Assembly: GCA_017478625.1 (NCBI GenBank)
Contig: JAFVDF010000003.1
Span: 4,279-68,278 of the forward strand
DNA from: Alloprevotella sp.
Lineage (GTDB): Bacteria; Bacteroidota; Bacteroidia; Bacteroidales; Bacteroidaceae
Direction: 5' to 3'
Length of the DNA stretch: 64,000 nucleotides
The stretch's first letter is position 1. Each line of letters starts with the position of its first letter. The position numbers and the translations under genes are program-made. This document shows, piece after piece, positions 29,350-39,581 of the stretch. The notes below the pieces were generated by a model. The model searched no databases. It had not been told where the DNA came from and worked only from the letters and a program-made list of their open reading frames with translations.

Positions 29350-30690
29350 TTAGTGATTAAAAGTCACAGGCTGGCCTTTCCTGCTTTCGTTGACTACAGC
29401 CCCTTTATCAAAGACTAAGCTGCCATTACAGAAGGTCTTTTCAACCTGCCAATGGAACGTGTGGCCTTCCAGTGGAGACCAATGGCATTTGCTGCGAATG
29501 TCGTTGGGGGTCAGTGTCCAATAGGACTGTGGCCTTACAAGTACGATGTCTGCTTTATACCCAATACGCAGAAATCCTCTGTTCTCTATGCCATATAGCG
29601 TTGCAGGGTTATGACACATTAGTTGGACAAGTCTTTCAATCGAAAGGTAGCCTTCATCCACTAGTCCAAGCATTGAAACTAAGGAAAACTGCAGGAGAGG
29701 AATCCCGGATTTAGCCTTCGCTGCACCTCCAACTTTATCGGCTTTTGTATGGGGAGCATGGTCCGTAGCGATGGTACATATCTTATCTGTGGACAAGGCT
29801 TTGCGCAGTGCTTCGCGGTCAGCTTGAGTTTTGACGGAGGGATTACATTTAATACGGCTTCCTAATTGTGCGTAATCATCTTCACAGAAGAGTAGGTGAG
29901 GCAAACAGACTTCTGCTGAAATTTCTTTGCCGGAGCTGTGGATAAGTTCCAGTTCCTCTTTTGTGGAAATATGTGCTATGTGTAAATGTGTATGGTATTG
30001 CTGTGCTAGCCGGATAGCATAGCGCGTGCTATTAATACAAGCTTCAGCAGACCGTATTTTACTGTGGAATTGTATATCAGGATCTTCTCCGTAGAGCCTC
30101 TGATAGTGTTGTAGATTCTTGCGGATGATAGAAGAATCCTCACAGTGGGCTACTAGCATAGTGGGAGAGTGCTGAAAAAACCTTTCCACAGCTGACGGGT
30201 CTTCAATCTGCATATTTCCCGTAGAGGAGCCCAGAAAAATCTTTATAGCTGCAATTTTTTGCAAAGGCATATCTGCCAAGCTGTCTGCATTATTATTGCT
30301 GGCCCCTATCAGAAAACCAAAATTTATATGACTCTTAGCCTGTGCGTTCTTTATTTTATTTTCCAGTGCCTGTACTGTCGTAGTTTCAGGTAGGGTATTT
30401 GGCATATCCAATACGGTAGTTACCCCTCCGGCTAATGCGGCCAAACTTTCAGATTCGAAATCAGCCTTGTGGGTCAGTCCCGGGTCGCGAAAATGTACAT
30501 GGCTGTCAATGATTCCAGGGAGCAGATAACATCCATCTGCATCAATGGTCTCCATAACTGGCTGGGATGGATAGGCCTCTCGGCCCAATAGAATCTCGGC
30601 AACTTGTTCGTTGTCAATTACAAGGGAGCCACAGAACGTATTACCCTCGTTTACTATCAGCGCATTTTTTATTAGGATTCTTTGATGCAT
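29350..30690 (-). CDS. pyrC: Dihydroorotase
   Basis: PGIIDSHVHFRDPG, DMPNT, HCED, KCNPSVK, ATDHAPH. Confidence 0.92.
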   Translation of the reverse strand: MHQRILIKNALIVNEGNTFCGSLVIDNEQVAEILLGREAYPSQPVMETIDADGCYLLPGIIDSHVHFRDPGLTHKADFESESLAALAGGVTTVLDMPNTLPETTTVQALENKIKNAQAKSHINFGFLIGASNNNADSLADMPLQKIAAIKIFLGSSTGNMQIEDPSAVERFFQHSPTMLVAHCEDSSIIRKNLQHYQRLYGEDPDIQFHSKIRSAEACINSTRYAIRLAQQYHTHLHIAHISTKEELELIHSSGKEISAEVCLPHLLFCEDDYAQLGSRIKCNPSVKTQADREALRKALSTDKICTIATDHAPHTKADKVGGAAKAKSGIPLLQFSLVSMLGLVDEGYLSIERLVQLMCHNPATLYGIENRGFLRIGYKADIVLVRPQSYWTLTPNDIRSKCHWSPLEGHTFHWQVEKTFCNGSLVFDKGAVVNESRKGQPVTFNH

Positions 30691-30722
30691 CTATCGTATT
30701 GTATCTTCCTTAAATGGATTGA

Positions 30723-31481
30723 TTAGACTTTTTCAGGAGAGGATGGCCGAGGCTTTATTTTTCCAAATAAAGAGGCAAAACGCAGGCGAATAACACCAAA
30801 GAGCGCTTCGCTAAAGATACCTCCACTCATCTTGCTCGTACCTTCTTGCCGGTTTACAAAAACAACGGGTACCTCTTTGATTTTGAAACCTAGTTTAAGG
30901 GAGGTGAATTTCATCTCTATTTGAAATGCGTAGCCCTTAAAGCGAATGTTTGACAGATCTATGGTTTCGAGCACTTTCTTGCGATAGCATACAAATCCAG
31001 CGGTAGTGTCGCGAAGATTGATACCGAGTACAAGTCGTACATACATTGACGCATAGTAGCTCATAAGGATACGACCCATTGGCCAATTGACAACATTTAC
31101 GCCGGACACATAGCGTGAGCCGACAGATACATCAAATCCATCAACCGCACAAGCATTGTAGAGAGGAAGTAGGTCGTTTGGATTGTGACTGAAGTCTGCA
31201 TCCATCTCAAAGATATACTCGTAATTGTGGGCAATAGCCCAGTCGAATCCTGCAATATAGGCGGTGCCCAGGCCAAGCTTCCCTTGCCGCTCTATGAGGA
31301 AGAGTTCATTGTTGAAGTCGGTCTGCAGCAGATGTTTCACTACATTCGCAGTGCCATCAGGGGAGCCATCATCGATTATCAGTATGTCAAATGATTTTGG
31401 AAGGCTTTTTACGGCCCGTATAATCTTTTCAATGTTTTCAATTTCGTTGTAAGTCGGAATGATAACAATACTGTCACTCAT
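30723..31481 (-). CDS. Polyprenol monophosphomannose synthase (GT2, Dpm1-like)
   Basis: IIPTYNE, DDGSPDGT, GLGTAY, MDADFSH, GSRY. Confidence 0.88.
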   Translation of the reverse strand: MSDSIVIIPTYNEIENIEKIIRAVKSLPKSFDILIIDDGSPDGTANVVKHLLQTDFNNELFLIERQGKLGLGTAYIAGFDWAIAHNYEYIFEMDADFSHNPNDLLPLYNACAVDGFDVSVGSRYVSGVNVVNWPMGRILMSYYASMYVRLVLGINLRDTTAGFVCYRKKVLETIDLSNIRFKGYAFQIEMKFTSLKLGFKIKEVPVVFVNRQEGTSKMSGGIFSEALFGVIRLRFASLFGKIKPRPSSPEKV

Positions 31482-31650
31482 AAGCAATATGTGTTTTGTT
31501 AGGTTCAATATACAAAAATAATAGTTTAATAAAGGTTTGGCTGAAACGTTAAGGTAAAAAAACGATTTTAGTATATGAATTTTCTCCTGTATGGCTGTAA
31601 ATGTGTAGATAAAACTGTAATTTTACCACAAAATAATTCTACAAAAAAAC

Positions 31651-32730
31651 ATGAAAAATAGACTATTATCCCTGATAATTGTTTTCTGTGCATTTGTCGG
31701 TACAATGGTGGCACAGCAATATTCCGTACAAGGAAAGTATAGTAAAGACGGAGCAGTCGTCTATCTGCAGAATCTGTTAGCTTCTCGCGATGTTGCTCCT
31801 GATAGTGTTGTTGTTAAAGATGGCCATTTTTCATTCTCGGGCGATGCAGATGGAAAAGTTTTTGCTAAGATTTTTACAGAAAACGGTTATCCTTCAGGAC
31901 TAAATATAGTATTGGAAGGAACCGTTAATGTGGACTTGGATAGATTTATTATAAGTGGAACGGAAGAAAATAACCGTTTAAATCAATATATACAGGAGTT
32001 CTATCCGATTGAGAGCGGTATTTCAGAGATTCAGAAGCAGGCTTCAGAATTTACGGCAGATACGCCACAAAGCGAGATAGAGAAACTGAGCTATGCATAC
32101 GATTCCCTGTTTACGCAGGGACTTGAAATTGTAAAGAAGGCATGTGAAGAGAATCTGGCCTATGTTTTTCCGGCCTTTTATCTCCGTAACAACTTCTATT
32201 ATATTGAGCGCACTAAAATATTAGAATATGCAGACAACGGGGCGACCTATATGCAAAGCCCATTGATGGCTCCAATTTCTAAAAACATAGATGGTTGGCG
32301 TAGATCTTTACCCGGTGTGAAAATAACGGACGTAGAAGAGGCTGATACCGCTGGAGTTGTGCACCACTTAACCGACTATGTGGGCAAAGGCAATTATGTA
32401 CTCATTGATTTTTGGGCTAGTTGGTGTGGGCCGTGTATGCGCGAGATGCCAAATGTTAAGGCACTGTACGAAAAATATCATCCTAAAGGGTTTGACATCG
32501 TTGGCCTTAGCTTCGACCGCGATAAGAAAGCATGGATTGGAGCAATCAATCGCGTGGGATTGCCGTGGCATCATCTCTCAGATTTGAAGTATTGGAATAC
32601 GGAAGCCGCTAAAACATACGGAGTGGTATCTATTCCCTATACGCTACTTGTAGGGCCTGATGGTACAATTATACAAGAAAATCTTACAGGCGAGGCTTTG
32701 GCGCAAAAGTTAGCTGAGCTCTACGATTGA
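31651..32730 (+). CDS. TlpA/AhpC-TSA family thiol-disulfide oxidoreductase with N-terminal DUF4369-like domain
   Basis: Signal peptide; LIDFWASWCGPC thioredoxin motif. Confidence 0.88.
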   Translation: MKNRLLSLIIVFCAFVGTMVAQQYSVQGKYSKDGAVVYLQNLLASRDVAPDSVVVKDGHFSFSGDADGKVFAKIFTENGYPSGLNIVLEGTVNVDLDRFIISGTEENNRLNQYIQEFYPIESGISEIQKQASEFTADTPQSEIEKLSYAYDSLFTQGLEIVKKACEENLAYVFPAFYLRNNFYYIERTKILEYADNGATYMQSPLMAPISKNIDGWRRSLPGVKITDVEEADTAGVVHHLTDYVGKGNYVLIDFWASWCGPCMREMPNVKALYEKYHPKGFDIVGLSFDRDKKAWIGAINRVGLPWHHLSDLKYWNTEAAKTYGVVSIPYTLLVGPDGTIIQENLTGEALAQKLAELYD

Positions 32731-32742
32731 TGGGGGATATAG

Positions 32743-32793
32743 ACTCATAAAAATAGCGCATCAGTAGAAATCTGGTGCGCTATTTTTATGAGT
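32743..32793 (+). terminator. Intrinsic terminator
   Basis: ACTCATAAAAATAGCGCA...TGCGCTATTTTTATGAGT long stem. Confidence 0.8.
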
Positions 32794-32939
32794 GGTTATT
32801 AGTCTTAACGCTATGACTCTTTTGTGCTTGGTATAATCAGGCTGTTGTAAAAGAAAAAGGCATTCTATGTACAATTCTATACCTGATGTCCGTAACTATA
32901 TGGCTCGAAGCGGTTGATTTTTCTGGAGATCTGTTTGGA

Positions 32940-33734
32940 TTAGGCTTCGCGTTGGCGCACAGCCTCAAAAAGTAGGATTGCAGCACTGACAGATACATTC
33001 AAGGAATCCAGATTTCCGCGCATAGGTATGCGAATATGGGCGTCAGCGGCTTTGCGCCAAATGTCTGTGAGCCCAGTTGATTCTGTTCCCATAATTAGTG
33101 CTGTTGGTTGGCACATGTCAGTTGAATAATATGGGGATGAATCTTGCAATTGTGCCGTTAGAATTTGTATTCCATGCGACTTGAGAAAGCGTATGCAGGT
33201 TTCAGATGAGCAACTAATAGTTGGAACTGTAAATAGCCCGCCCATAGCACTTCGTATCAAGTTTGGATTGAAAAGATCTGTACGCTCGTCACAAATAATC
33301 ACGGCGTCGGCCTTTGCTGCGTCGGCTGTGCGTAGAATTGCCCCAAGGTTTCCAGGCTTTTCAATACTTTCTAGCACAACGATCAGTGGATTTTCTGTTA
33401 ATTCTAGGTTTTCGAGCGTCCGTATCTTGGTCTTGACAACTGCAACCACACCTTCCGTTCCACTGCGGTACGCAATTTTATTATAGACGTGAGCTGAGAC
33501 TTCTAAACATTCGGCTTCTGGGCATTTGTTCCTCAGGCTATCGGCCTCGGTACATATATCGGGACAAATGAAAAGTGTTTCAACTTCAAAACCAGCTCCT
33601 ATACAGTGCCCCAATTCACGCCGTCCTTCTACTACAAACTTCTTTTGGCGTCGGCGTTCGGCCGACTTTTCTTGCAGAGCGACTATGCGTTTTATTCTTG
33701 GATTTTGAGTGCTGGTAATAATGTCGCTTGTCAT
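32940..33734 (-). CDS. TrmH/SpoU family RNA methyltransferase
   Basis: EKPGNLGAILRTA, GTESTGL, IPMRG..DSLNVS. Confidence 0.9.
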   Translation of the reverse strand: MTSDIITSTQNPRIKRIVALQEKSAERRRQKKFVVEGRRELGHCIGAGFEVETLFICPDICTEADSLRNKCPEAECLEVSAHVYNKIAYRSGTEGVVAVVKTKIRTLENLELTENPLIVVLESIEKPGNLGAILRTADAAKADAVIICDERTDLFNPNLIRSAMGGLFTVPTISCSSETCIRFLKSHGIQILTAQLQDSSPYYSTDMCQPTALIMGTESTGLTDIWRKAADAHIRIPMRGNLDSLNVSVSAAILLFEAVRQREA

Positions 33735-33814
33735 GATGAGTGGGAAGAAGTTGTACAGAAAATCCCTTGTATTCTGATTTGACACAAGGGATTTCTTTCT
33801 GAGATTACTGTTTG

Positions 33815-33887
33815 TACACCGTCAGGGGCTCGAACCCTGGACCCACTGATTAAGAGTCAGTTGCTCTACCAACTGAGCTAACGGTGC
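33815..33887 (-). tRNA. tRNA-Lys(CTT)
   Basis: GCACCGTTAGCTCAGTTGGTAGAGCAACTGACT-CTT-AATCAGTGGGTCCAGGGTTCGAGCCCCTGACGGTGTA cloverleaf. Confidence 0.95.
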
Positions 33888-33929
33888 AAAAAACCTTTGG
33901 ATAGGGTGCTTCCGTTGTGAAAGCGAGTG

Positions 33930-33960
33930 CAAAGATAATACCTTTAATTAAAATAGCAAA
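33930..33960 (-). promoter_or_regulatory. Bacteroidetes promoter for tRNA-Lys
   Basis: Minus strand TTTG-N19-TATCTTTG. Confidence 0.6.
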
Positions 33961-33976
33961 TCTATCAGTTGATTTT

Positions 33977-34387
33977 TTACCTTAAAAACCATTTTCCATC
34001 CTCAAATACCATCCGGAATAGGACTTCTTCTTCTGTACTGTCGTTGTATATGACAGATATAAGGGCATCAGTGGCGTACTCGCCTTTGTCGGAAAATGCT
34101 TCTATATCATTGATACTGAAATCACGGATTCCTCCTTTGTTTTCTCGTATGGCAAAGGCGTGTTGCTTGAGTGCATTCTGAATTTCCTCAACATATTCGG
34201 CGGGCATATCTTTGCAAGAGGCCATCTTCTTTGTGATGTCTTCATATTTTTCAGATGTGGCCAACTTGTAGAGCGCTGTCACTTCCTTGGTGCTTGGGTA
34301 TTTCAAGTCCTTACCCTCTTCTTTTGAAGAGCAGGATATTACAAGTGCGCCAAAGATGGCTATGACGAAAAGACGCGACAGATTCAT
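33977..34387 (-). CDS. Hypothetical lipoprotein (NTF2/DUF4878-like)
   Basis: Lipobox VISC; C-terminal EDGKW. Confidence 0.7.
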   Translation of the reverse strand: MNLSRLFVIAIFGALVISCSSKEEGKDLKYPSTKEVTALYKLATSEKYEDITKKMASCKDMPAEYVEEIQNALKQHAFAIRENKGGIRDFSINDIEAFSDKGEYATDALISVIYNDSTEEEVLFRMVFEDGKWFLR

Positions 34388-34393
34388 GACAAA

Positions 34394-35707
34394 TTATTTC
34401 TTACGAATAAAAATGTGCATGGGTGATCCGGAAAAATTCCAACGTTCGCGTATCTTGTTCTCAAGGAAGCGTTTGTAGGGATCCTTGACATATTGTGGCA
34501 GATTGGCATAGAAAACAAACGAGGGAATCTGTGTTTCCGGCAGTTGCATACAGTATTTTATTTTTATGTACTTTCCCTTCATTGATGGGGGCGGATAGGC
34601 TTCAATCAGAGGGAGCATTTCTGCGTTTAACTTAGAGGTAGAGATGTGGAACTTTCTCTGCACATAAACATCCTTGGCTGTTTCCAGCAGTTTGAAGATA
34701 CGTTGCTTTGTCAGAGCCGATGTGTAAACGATAGGGAAGTCTGTAAACGGAGCCATTCGCTCACGAATTGTGGCCGAGAAATAATCTATGGCCTTTTGAC
34801 TCTTGTCTTCTACCAGGTCCCACTTATTTACTGCCACTACAAGACTCTTGCGATTGTGCTGAATAATTTGGAATATGTTCATATCCTGCGTGCCTATGCC
34901 CCGAGTTCCATCTATTAGCAGGATACAAACATCGGAATTTTCAATGGAGCGTATGGCGCGCATTACCGAATAGAATTCCAAATCTTCATTAACCTTGGAT
35001 TTTTTGCGAATACCCGCCGTATCGACTAAGTAGAAGTCAAAACCGAACTTGTCGTAGCGTGTAAGAATAGAATCGCGCGTAGTGCCTGCGATATCAGTAA
35101 CAATGTGGCGATCTTCTCCGATAAAGGCATTTATCAGGCTGCTTTTTCCGGCATTAGGACGACCTACTACAGCGATTCGGGGTATGCGTTCCTCTATGTC
35201 GCTTGGACTATCGGGGCCCAGTTTTTCAAGAATTAAATCGAGCAAATCTCCCGTGCCTCCTCCTGTAGCCGCCGAGATGCAGAACGGTTCGCCTATGCCT
35301 AACGCATAGAACTCGGCACTTTGATAAATATCCTTATTGTCATCACATTTGTTGGCGCATAGAATGACAGGGATGGTGGCTTGACGCAAAATTTGCGCTA
35401 CTTGTTGGTCCAGATCAGTGATACCTGTTTCGTTATCCACCACGAACAATATGCAATCGGCTTCTTCCGTTGCGGCTATTACCTGCTTGCGGATTTCCGC
35501 CTCAAAGATATCGTCAGAATTTACAACCCAGCCTCCGGTGTCCACAATAGAAAATTCGCGGTTACACCACTCGCATTTTCCATATTGTCGGTCGCGGGTG
35601 GTACCTGCATATTCGCTTACGATAGCTGCACGAGTACCTGTGAGTCGGTTGAATAAGGTAGATTTTCCTACATTAGGCCTACCCACGATAGCCACTAACT
35701 TCTGCAT
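34394..35707 (-). CDS. der: Ribosome biogenesis GTPase Der
   Basis: Two G domains GRPNVGKS and GRPNAGKS; DTGG/DTAG; KH-like C-terminus. Confidence 0.97.
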   Translation of the reverse strand: MQKLVAIVGRPNVGKSTLFNRLTGTRAAIVSEYAGTTRDRQYGKCEWCNREFSIVDTGGWVVNSDDIFEAEIRKQVIAATEEADCILFVVDNETGITDLDQQVAQILRQATIPVILCANKCDDNKDIYQSAEFYALGIGEPFCISAATGGGTGDLLDLILEKLGPDSPSDIEERIPRIAVVGRPNAGKSSLINAFIGEDRHIVTDIAGTTRDSILTRYDKFGFDFYLVDTAGIRKKSKVNEDLEFYSVMRAIRSIENSDVCILLIDGTRGIGTQDMNIFQIIQHNRKSLVVAVNKWDLVEDKSQKAIDYFSATIRERMAPFTDFPIVYTSALTKQRIFKLLETAKDVYVQRKFHISTSKLNAEMLPLIEAYPPPSMKGKYIKIKYCMQLPETQIPSFVFYANLPQYVKDPYKRFLENKIRERWNFSGSPMHIFIRKK

Positions 35708-35723
35708 ACAATATATAAGTTTA

Positions 35724-36602
35724 TTATTTGTTTATATAGCCGTAATTACGCAATCGCTTATCGTCATTGCGCCAGTTCTTATCCACTTTGACGAATACTT
35801 CAAGGAAGATTTTCTTCTGAAAGAAACGTTCCAAATCTTTACGGGCCTCTGTGATTACTTTCTTAAGGGCCACGCCGCTATGACCGATGATGATACCTTT
35901 TTGACTTTCGCGTTCTACGTTTATAACTGTGCTAATGCGTATGAGTTTGTCGTCTTCTTTGAATTGTTCTACCACTACTTCGCAGGAATAGGGTACTTCC
36001 TTGTCGTAGTATAGAAGTATTTTTTCACGAATTATTTCAGAGACGAAGAAACGGGCTGGTTTGTCGGTCCATTGATCTTGTGGAAAATAAGGAGGAGCCT
36101 CTGGGACAAGTTCCTTAATGCGCGAGAGCAGTGCATCGGTGTTGAATTTTGCCTTAGCCGAAACGGGTAGTATTTCTGCGTTGGGGATGAGTGTATGCAG
36201 TTGTTCTACACGTTTTTCAAGGTCCGACTGATTGCTGAGATCAATCTTGTTGATGACAACTATAATGGGGACAGACAGTTTGTTTACCTTTTCGATGAAG
36301 TCGATATTCTTTTCTATGTTTTCCACTACATCTGTCACATATACAAGCACGTCTGCGTCTTCAAGGGCCGATTCGGAGAAAGCAAGCATGGCTTCTTGCA
36401 TTTTGTAGGACGGTTGTACGACTCCGGGGGTGTCGGAAAACACGATCTGTTCATTGTCCGTATTGACAATGCCGAGTATTCGGTGTCTCGTTGTCTGCGC
36501 CTTAAAAGTTGTCGTAGATATGCGTTCGCCCGTAAGTAGGTTCATCAAGGTTGATTTACCTACATTGGGATTGCCTACAAGGTTTACGAATCCAGACTTC
36601 AT
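35724..36602 (-). CDS. era: GTPase Era
   Basis: [31 protein letters not shown]. Confidence 0.97.
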   Translation of the reverse strand: MKSGFVNLVGNPNVGKSTLMNLLTGERISTTTFKAQTTRHRILGIVNTDNEQIVFSDTPGVVQPSYKMQEAMLAFSESALEDADVLVYVTDVVENIEKNIDFIEKVNKLSVPIIVVINKIDLSNQSDLEKRVEQLHTLIPNAEILPVSAKAKFNTDALLSRIKELVPEAPPYFPQDQWTDKPARFFVSEIIREKILLYYDKEVPYSCEVVVEQFKEDDKLIRISTVINVERESQKGIIIGHSGVALKKVITEARKDLERFFQKKIFLEVFVKVDKNWRNDDKRLRNYGYINK

Positions 36603-36630
36603 TATGTAATCAATCGGTTAGATATGCAGA

Positions 36631-37620
36631 TTAGTATGCCCAGGTAAGGTATGCAGCACCATAAGTGAAGCCTGCACCAAAAGCAGTAAGCAATATATTG
36701 TCGCCCTTCTTCAACTTCTTCTCAAAGTCCCACAATACGAGCGGAAGCGTACCACTTGAAGTGTTGCCATACTTCTCTATATTGACAAGTACTTTATCCA
36801 TAGGCACTTCTAAGCGATTGGCGACGGCTTCGATTATGCGGATGTTGGCTTGATGCGGTAGTACCCATGTAAGCCGGTCGCCTTTCAGATTGTTGCGTTC
36901 TGCTATCTGTGCGCTCAAGTCACTCATGTTGGTAACGGCATATTTGAAAACCGTGCGCCCCTCTTGGTGGAGGAAATTCATCCGATGATCCAGTGCATAG
37001 TAGGAGGGTGGACAGGCCGAACCGCCTGCTTTTGTCACAAGGTAGGGCAGTCCTGTCCCATCGGTGCGCAGTATGGAATCCTTCCAACCGAGGTCTTCTG
37101 TAGTTGGTTCTACCAATACGGCTGCGGCACCATCGCCGAAGAGCGGAGATGTAGAGCGGTCTGTATAATCAATAATGCTCGACATTTTTTCGCTGGCACA
37201 AACGATGATTTTCTTATATCGGCCCGACTCAATCATACTGGCAGCTTGGTCCATGGCAAAGAGAAAACCGCAACAAGCTGCATTGAGGTCAAAACCATAC
37301 GCATTGGATAGACCCGTATGTCCGATTACGATAGACGCCGTATTAGGCACTCCATAGTCTGGCGTAGTGGTTGATAAAATCAGAGCATCCACCGTAAGTG
37401 GATCCGTATCCGTCTTCTTCAGGAGCTCTTTGATGGCTTTCCGTGCCATATAGCTGGGGCCAAGTCCTTCCTCGCTAAGAATGTGGCGCTGTTTGATACC
37501 AACACGCGTCATAATCCACTCGTCGTTTGTTTCTACAAGGCGCGACAATTCCTCGTTGTCAAGGATGTACTCGGGTACGAAGCCGCCTACGCCCGTAATG
37601 GCAGCATGTATTTTGTCCAT
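36631..37620 (-). CDS. fabH: Beta-ketoacyl-ACP synthase III
   Basis: AACCGF, FGDGAAA, HQANIRI, YGNTSS, FGAGFT. Confidence 0.95.
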   Translation of the reverse strand: MDKIHAAITGVGGFVPEYILDNEELSRLVETNDEWIMTRVGIKQRHILSEEGLGPSYMARKAIKELLKKTDTDPLTVDALILSTTTPDYGVPNTASIVIGHTGLSNAYGFDLNAACCGFLFAMDQAASMIESGRYKKIIVCASEKMSSIIDYTDRSTSPLFGDGAAAVLVEPTTEDLGWKDSILRTDGTGLPYLVTKAGGSACPPSYYALDHRMNFLHQEGRTVFKYAVTNMSDLSAQIAERNNLKGDRLTWVLPHQANIRIIEAVANRLEVPMDKVLVNIEKYGNTSSGTLPLVLWDFEKKLKKGDNILLTAFGAGFTYGAAYLTWAY

Positions 37621-37785
37621 AGAATTTTACTATTAAAAAAAGCAGATTTTCAGAAGTATTACGGAGCCTGTTGAGAGGCTTATGCCGTTGTACCTTTAAA
37701 ATCTGCGCACATTGGCTCCGATAGGCTAAGTCTGCCTGAAGCCTCTGTAGTGACTGCGTATGTGGGACGTACGCAAAGAATTGAA

Positions 37786-37980
37786 TTATTCAGCGTTTTC
37801 TTCGCTAAGTGCAGCAACTGCCAGCTTGCCTCTGTAGTAACCGCAGTTAGGGCAAACGGTGTGATAGATATGCCAACCGCCACAGTTGGGGCAGATAGCC
37901 ATCGTCGGCATAACGGCATTGTCGTGCGTCCTACGCTTTAATGTGCGTGTCTTTGATTGTCTTCTTTTTGGATGTGCCAT
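37786..37980 (-). CDS. rpmF: 50S ribosomal protein L32
   Basis: MAHPKRRQSKTR; CxxC...CxxC GYYRG. Confidence 0.97.
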   Translation of the reverse strand: MAHPKRRQSKTRTLKRRTHDNAVMPTMAICPNCGGWHIYHTVCPNCGYYRGKLAVAALSEENAE

Positions 37981-38007
37981 TTCAGTGTATTTTATTATTG
38001 TTTTTAA

Positions 38008-38460
38008 TTATTCTTCCTTTTCAGAGATGATCAGACGAGTCATGTCGGCGTCGCAGTCGGCCTGTTCGTGAAATCTCTCTATGGGGAGCGATGTTACGAT
38101 AGATTCGTATAGATACCAGCCTAGGTTGAAGAGTCCGGGATGCCGTGCGTCAGTGTAGTAGAAAGCTTGTTCTTCGGAATTGGATGCAAAAGTCGATTCG
38201 TCGGCGAAATCTACATCCAGATTTAAGTCATTCAGACACCTGTCACAGGCCACTTTCACTTGACCGGATAGTTCTATTTCAATCTTTGTTGATGCGCTGT
38301 TGGGCTTACTTACAGAGTAAGTGGCCGTCACATTACCCCCTCTGATTTCATCTTGCTCCAATTGGCCGAAAAAAGCATCATCCAGAATCACTTCCTTATG
38401 GGATGTTCCTTCTGCGGCTTCTTTTTGCAGATCAATGTAGATTGAGGCTTCTGTGGGCAT
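38008..38460 (-). CDS. DUF177/YceD family protein
   Basis: CDRCL motif; canonical position upstream of rpmF. Confidence 0.8.
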   Translation of the reverse strand: MPTEASIYIDLQKEAAEGTSHKEVILDDAFFGQLEQDEIRGGNVTATYSVSKPNSASTKIEIELSGQVKVACDRCLNDLNLDVDFADESTFASNSEEQAFYYTDARHPGLFNLGWYLYESIVTSLPIERFHEQADCDADMTRLIISEKEE

Positions 38461-38528
38461 ATCGGACGCAAAATTAAAACAATAGTATGGAAAAAGCAAA
38501 TATGGCAGGCGTAAAATTCGCTTATTCT

Positions 38529-39290
38529 TTATGACTGCTTCCTACGGAAATTATCGCAGACAATGGCTGTGGCCAGTGCCACGTTAAGGCTCTCAATCTG
38601 TCGCTCTGTGGTGCGGGGATAGGGGGGTATGAGCAGTCTGTGTGTGACCAGTGGGGAAATGCTGCCGGATATGCCGTTGCCCTCATTGCCCATTACGATG
38701 ATGCCACAGGAGCCGAGTTTTTCATCATAGATATTGTGGCCGTCAAGGAAAGTGCCATAGATGGGAACGGATTGGGGGACAGTGCGAAGAAACTCGGGTA
38801 GGTCGGTGCGCGTTATCTTTATGCGGGCTAGTGCGCCCATCGTGGCCTGAACTACCTTGGGGGAGAAGGTGTCCACGGTGTCGGTGGAGCAGACGATGTG
38901 TCTTATGCCGTACCACAAGGCCGTACGGATGATAGAGCCTAAGTTGCCGGGATCTTGAACTCCGTCTAATGCAAGGACTAGATTCTGTCTTAGTTCCGTC
39001 TCGGTGGGTGGCTCCGGCGGGGGAATTTCAAAGAGCCCCAGACAACCTTGGGGTGTCTTTTGAAGCGAAACGCGCTCTAACTCGCTTGGGGTAACTTGGC
39101 GCACCTCAAGATCAGGCCTTCCGACAAAGAGCGGATAGTATTCATCGGTGCATAGCAACAGTCTGCATACCAGTGCCTCAGTCAGTTCGCCTATCACCTT
39201 AGGCCCTTCGGCAATGAACAGGCCCGTGTCCTTTCGCCCGCGTGCCTGATGGAGCGAGCGTATATGCTTTATTTCATTTTTGGTCAGCAT
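38529..39290 (-). CDS. TrmH family RNA methyltransferase
   Basis: QDPGNLGSIIR, GNEGNGIS, ESLNVA. Confidence 0.9.
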   Translation of the reverse strand: MLTKNEIKHIRSLHQARGRKDTGLFIAEGPKVIGELTEALVCRLLLCTDEYYPLFVGRPDLEVRQVTPSELERVSLQKTPQGCLGLFEIPPPEPPTETELRQNLVLALDGVQDPGNLGSIIRTALWYGIRHIVCSTDTVDTFSPKVVQATMGALARIKITRTDLPEFLRTVPQSVPIYGTFLDGHNIYDEKLGSCGIIVMGNEGNGISGSISPLVTHRLLIPPYPRTTERQIESLNVALATAIVCDNFRRKQS

Positions 39291-39404
39291 CTGCTTGTGG
39301 GGTATATTGAGGGGTAAGCCTGTGGCGACGGGATGTTTGCCCGTCGGCTTATCGTTTGCGAAAATACTATAATCTGATGAGAAAACGGGATAATGCCAAG
39401 TTTC

Positions 39405-39463
39405 ATTTCACGGCGTGAAATATGAAGTTCACAGTGTGAAATGCGCGTTTCACACTGTGAACT
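39405..39463. repeat. Intergenic 3x21-bp palindromic repeat, copy 2
   Basis: ATTTCACGGCGTGAAAT (39405), AGTTCACAGTGTGAAAT (39426), GTTTCACACTGTGAACT (39447). Confidence 0.85.
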
Positions 39464-39548
39464 GAAAAATCCGATAGACTTGTGTGCTGATTTCATAGGC
39501 TTAAGGAAAATTCTGACTATGTACTCGGCAGATACAAGGCGAAAAAAG

Positions 39549-39556
39549 TAACTTTG
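39549..39556 (+). promoter_or_regulatory. -7 promoter element
   Basis: TAACTTTG 26 bp upstream of the TamL-like start. Confidence 0.5.
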
Positions 39557-39581
39557 CACTATTGAACCCCTTTTTTATAAT

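Noticed and set aside
35418-36014. Long antisense ORFs over der/era, ppdK, nadE, the helicase and the MTase
   Set aside because: They are shadows of highly conserved genes on the opposite strand with no recognisable motifs.
39405-39463. Triple repeats as mini-CRISPR arrays
   Set aside because: Linkers are only about 4 bp, units are 17 bp, and there are no cas genes in the window.
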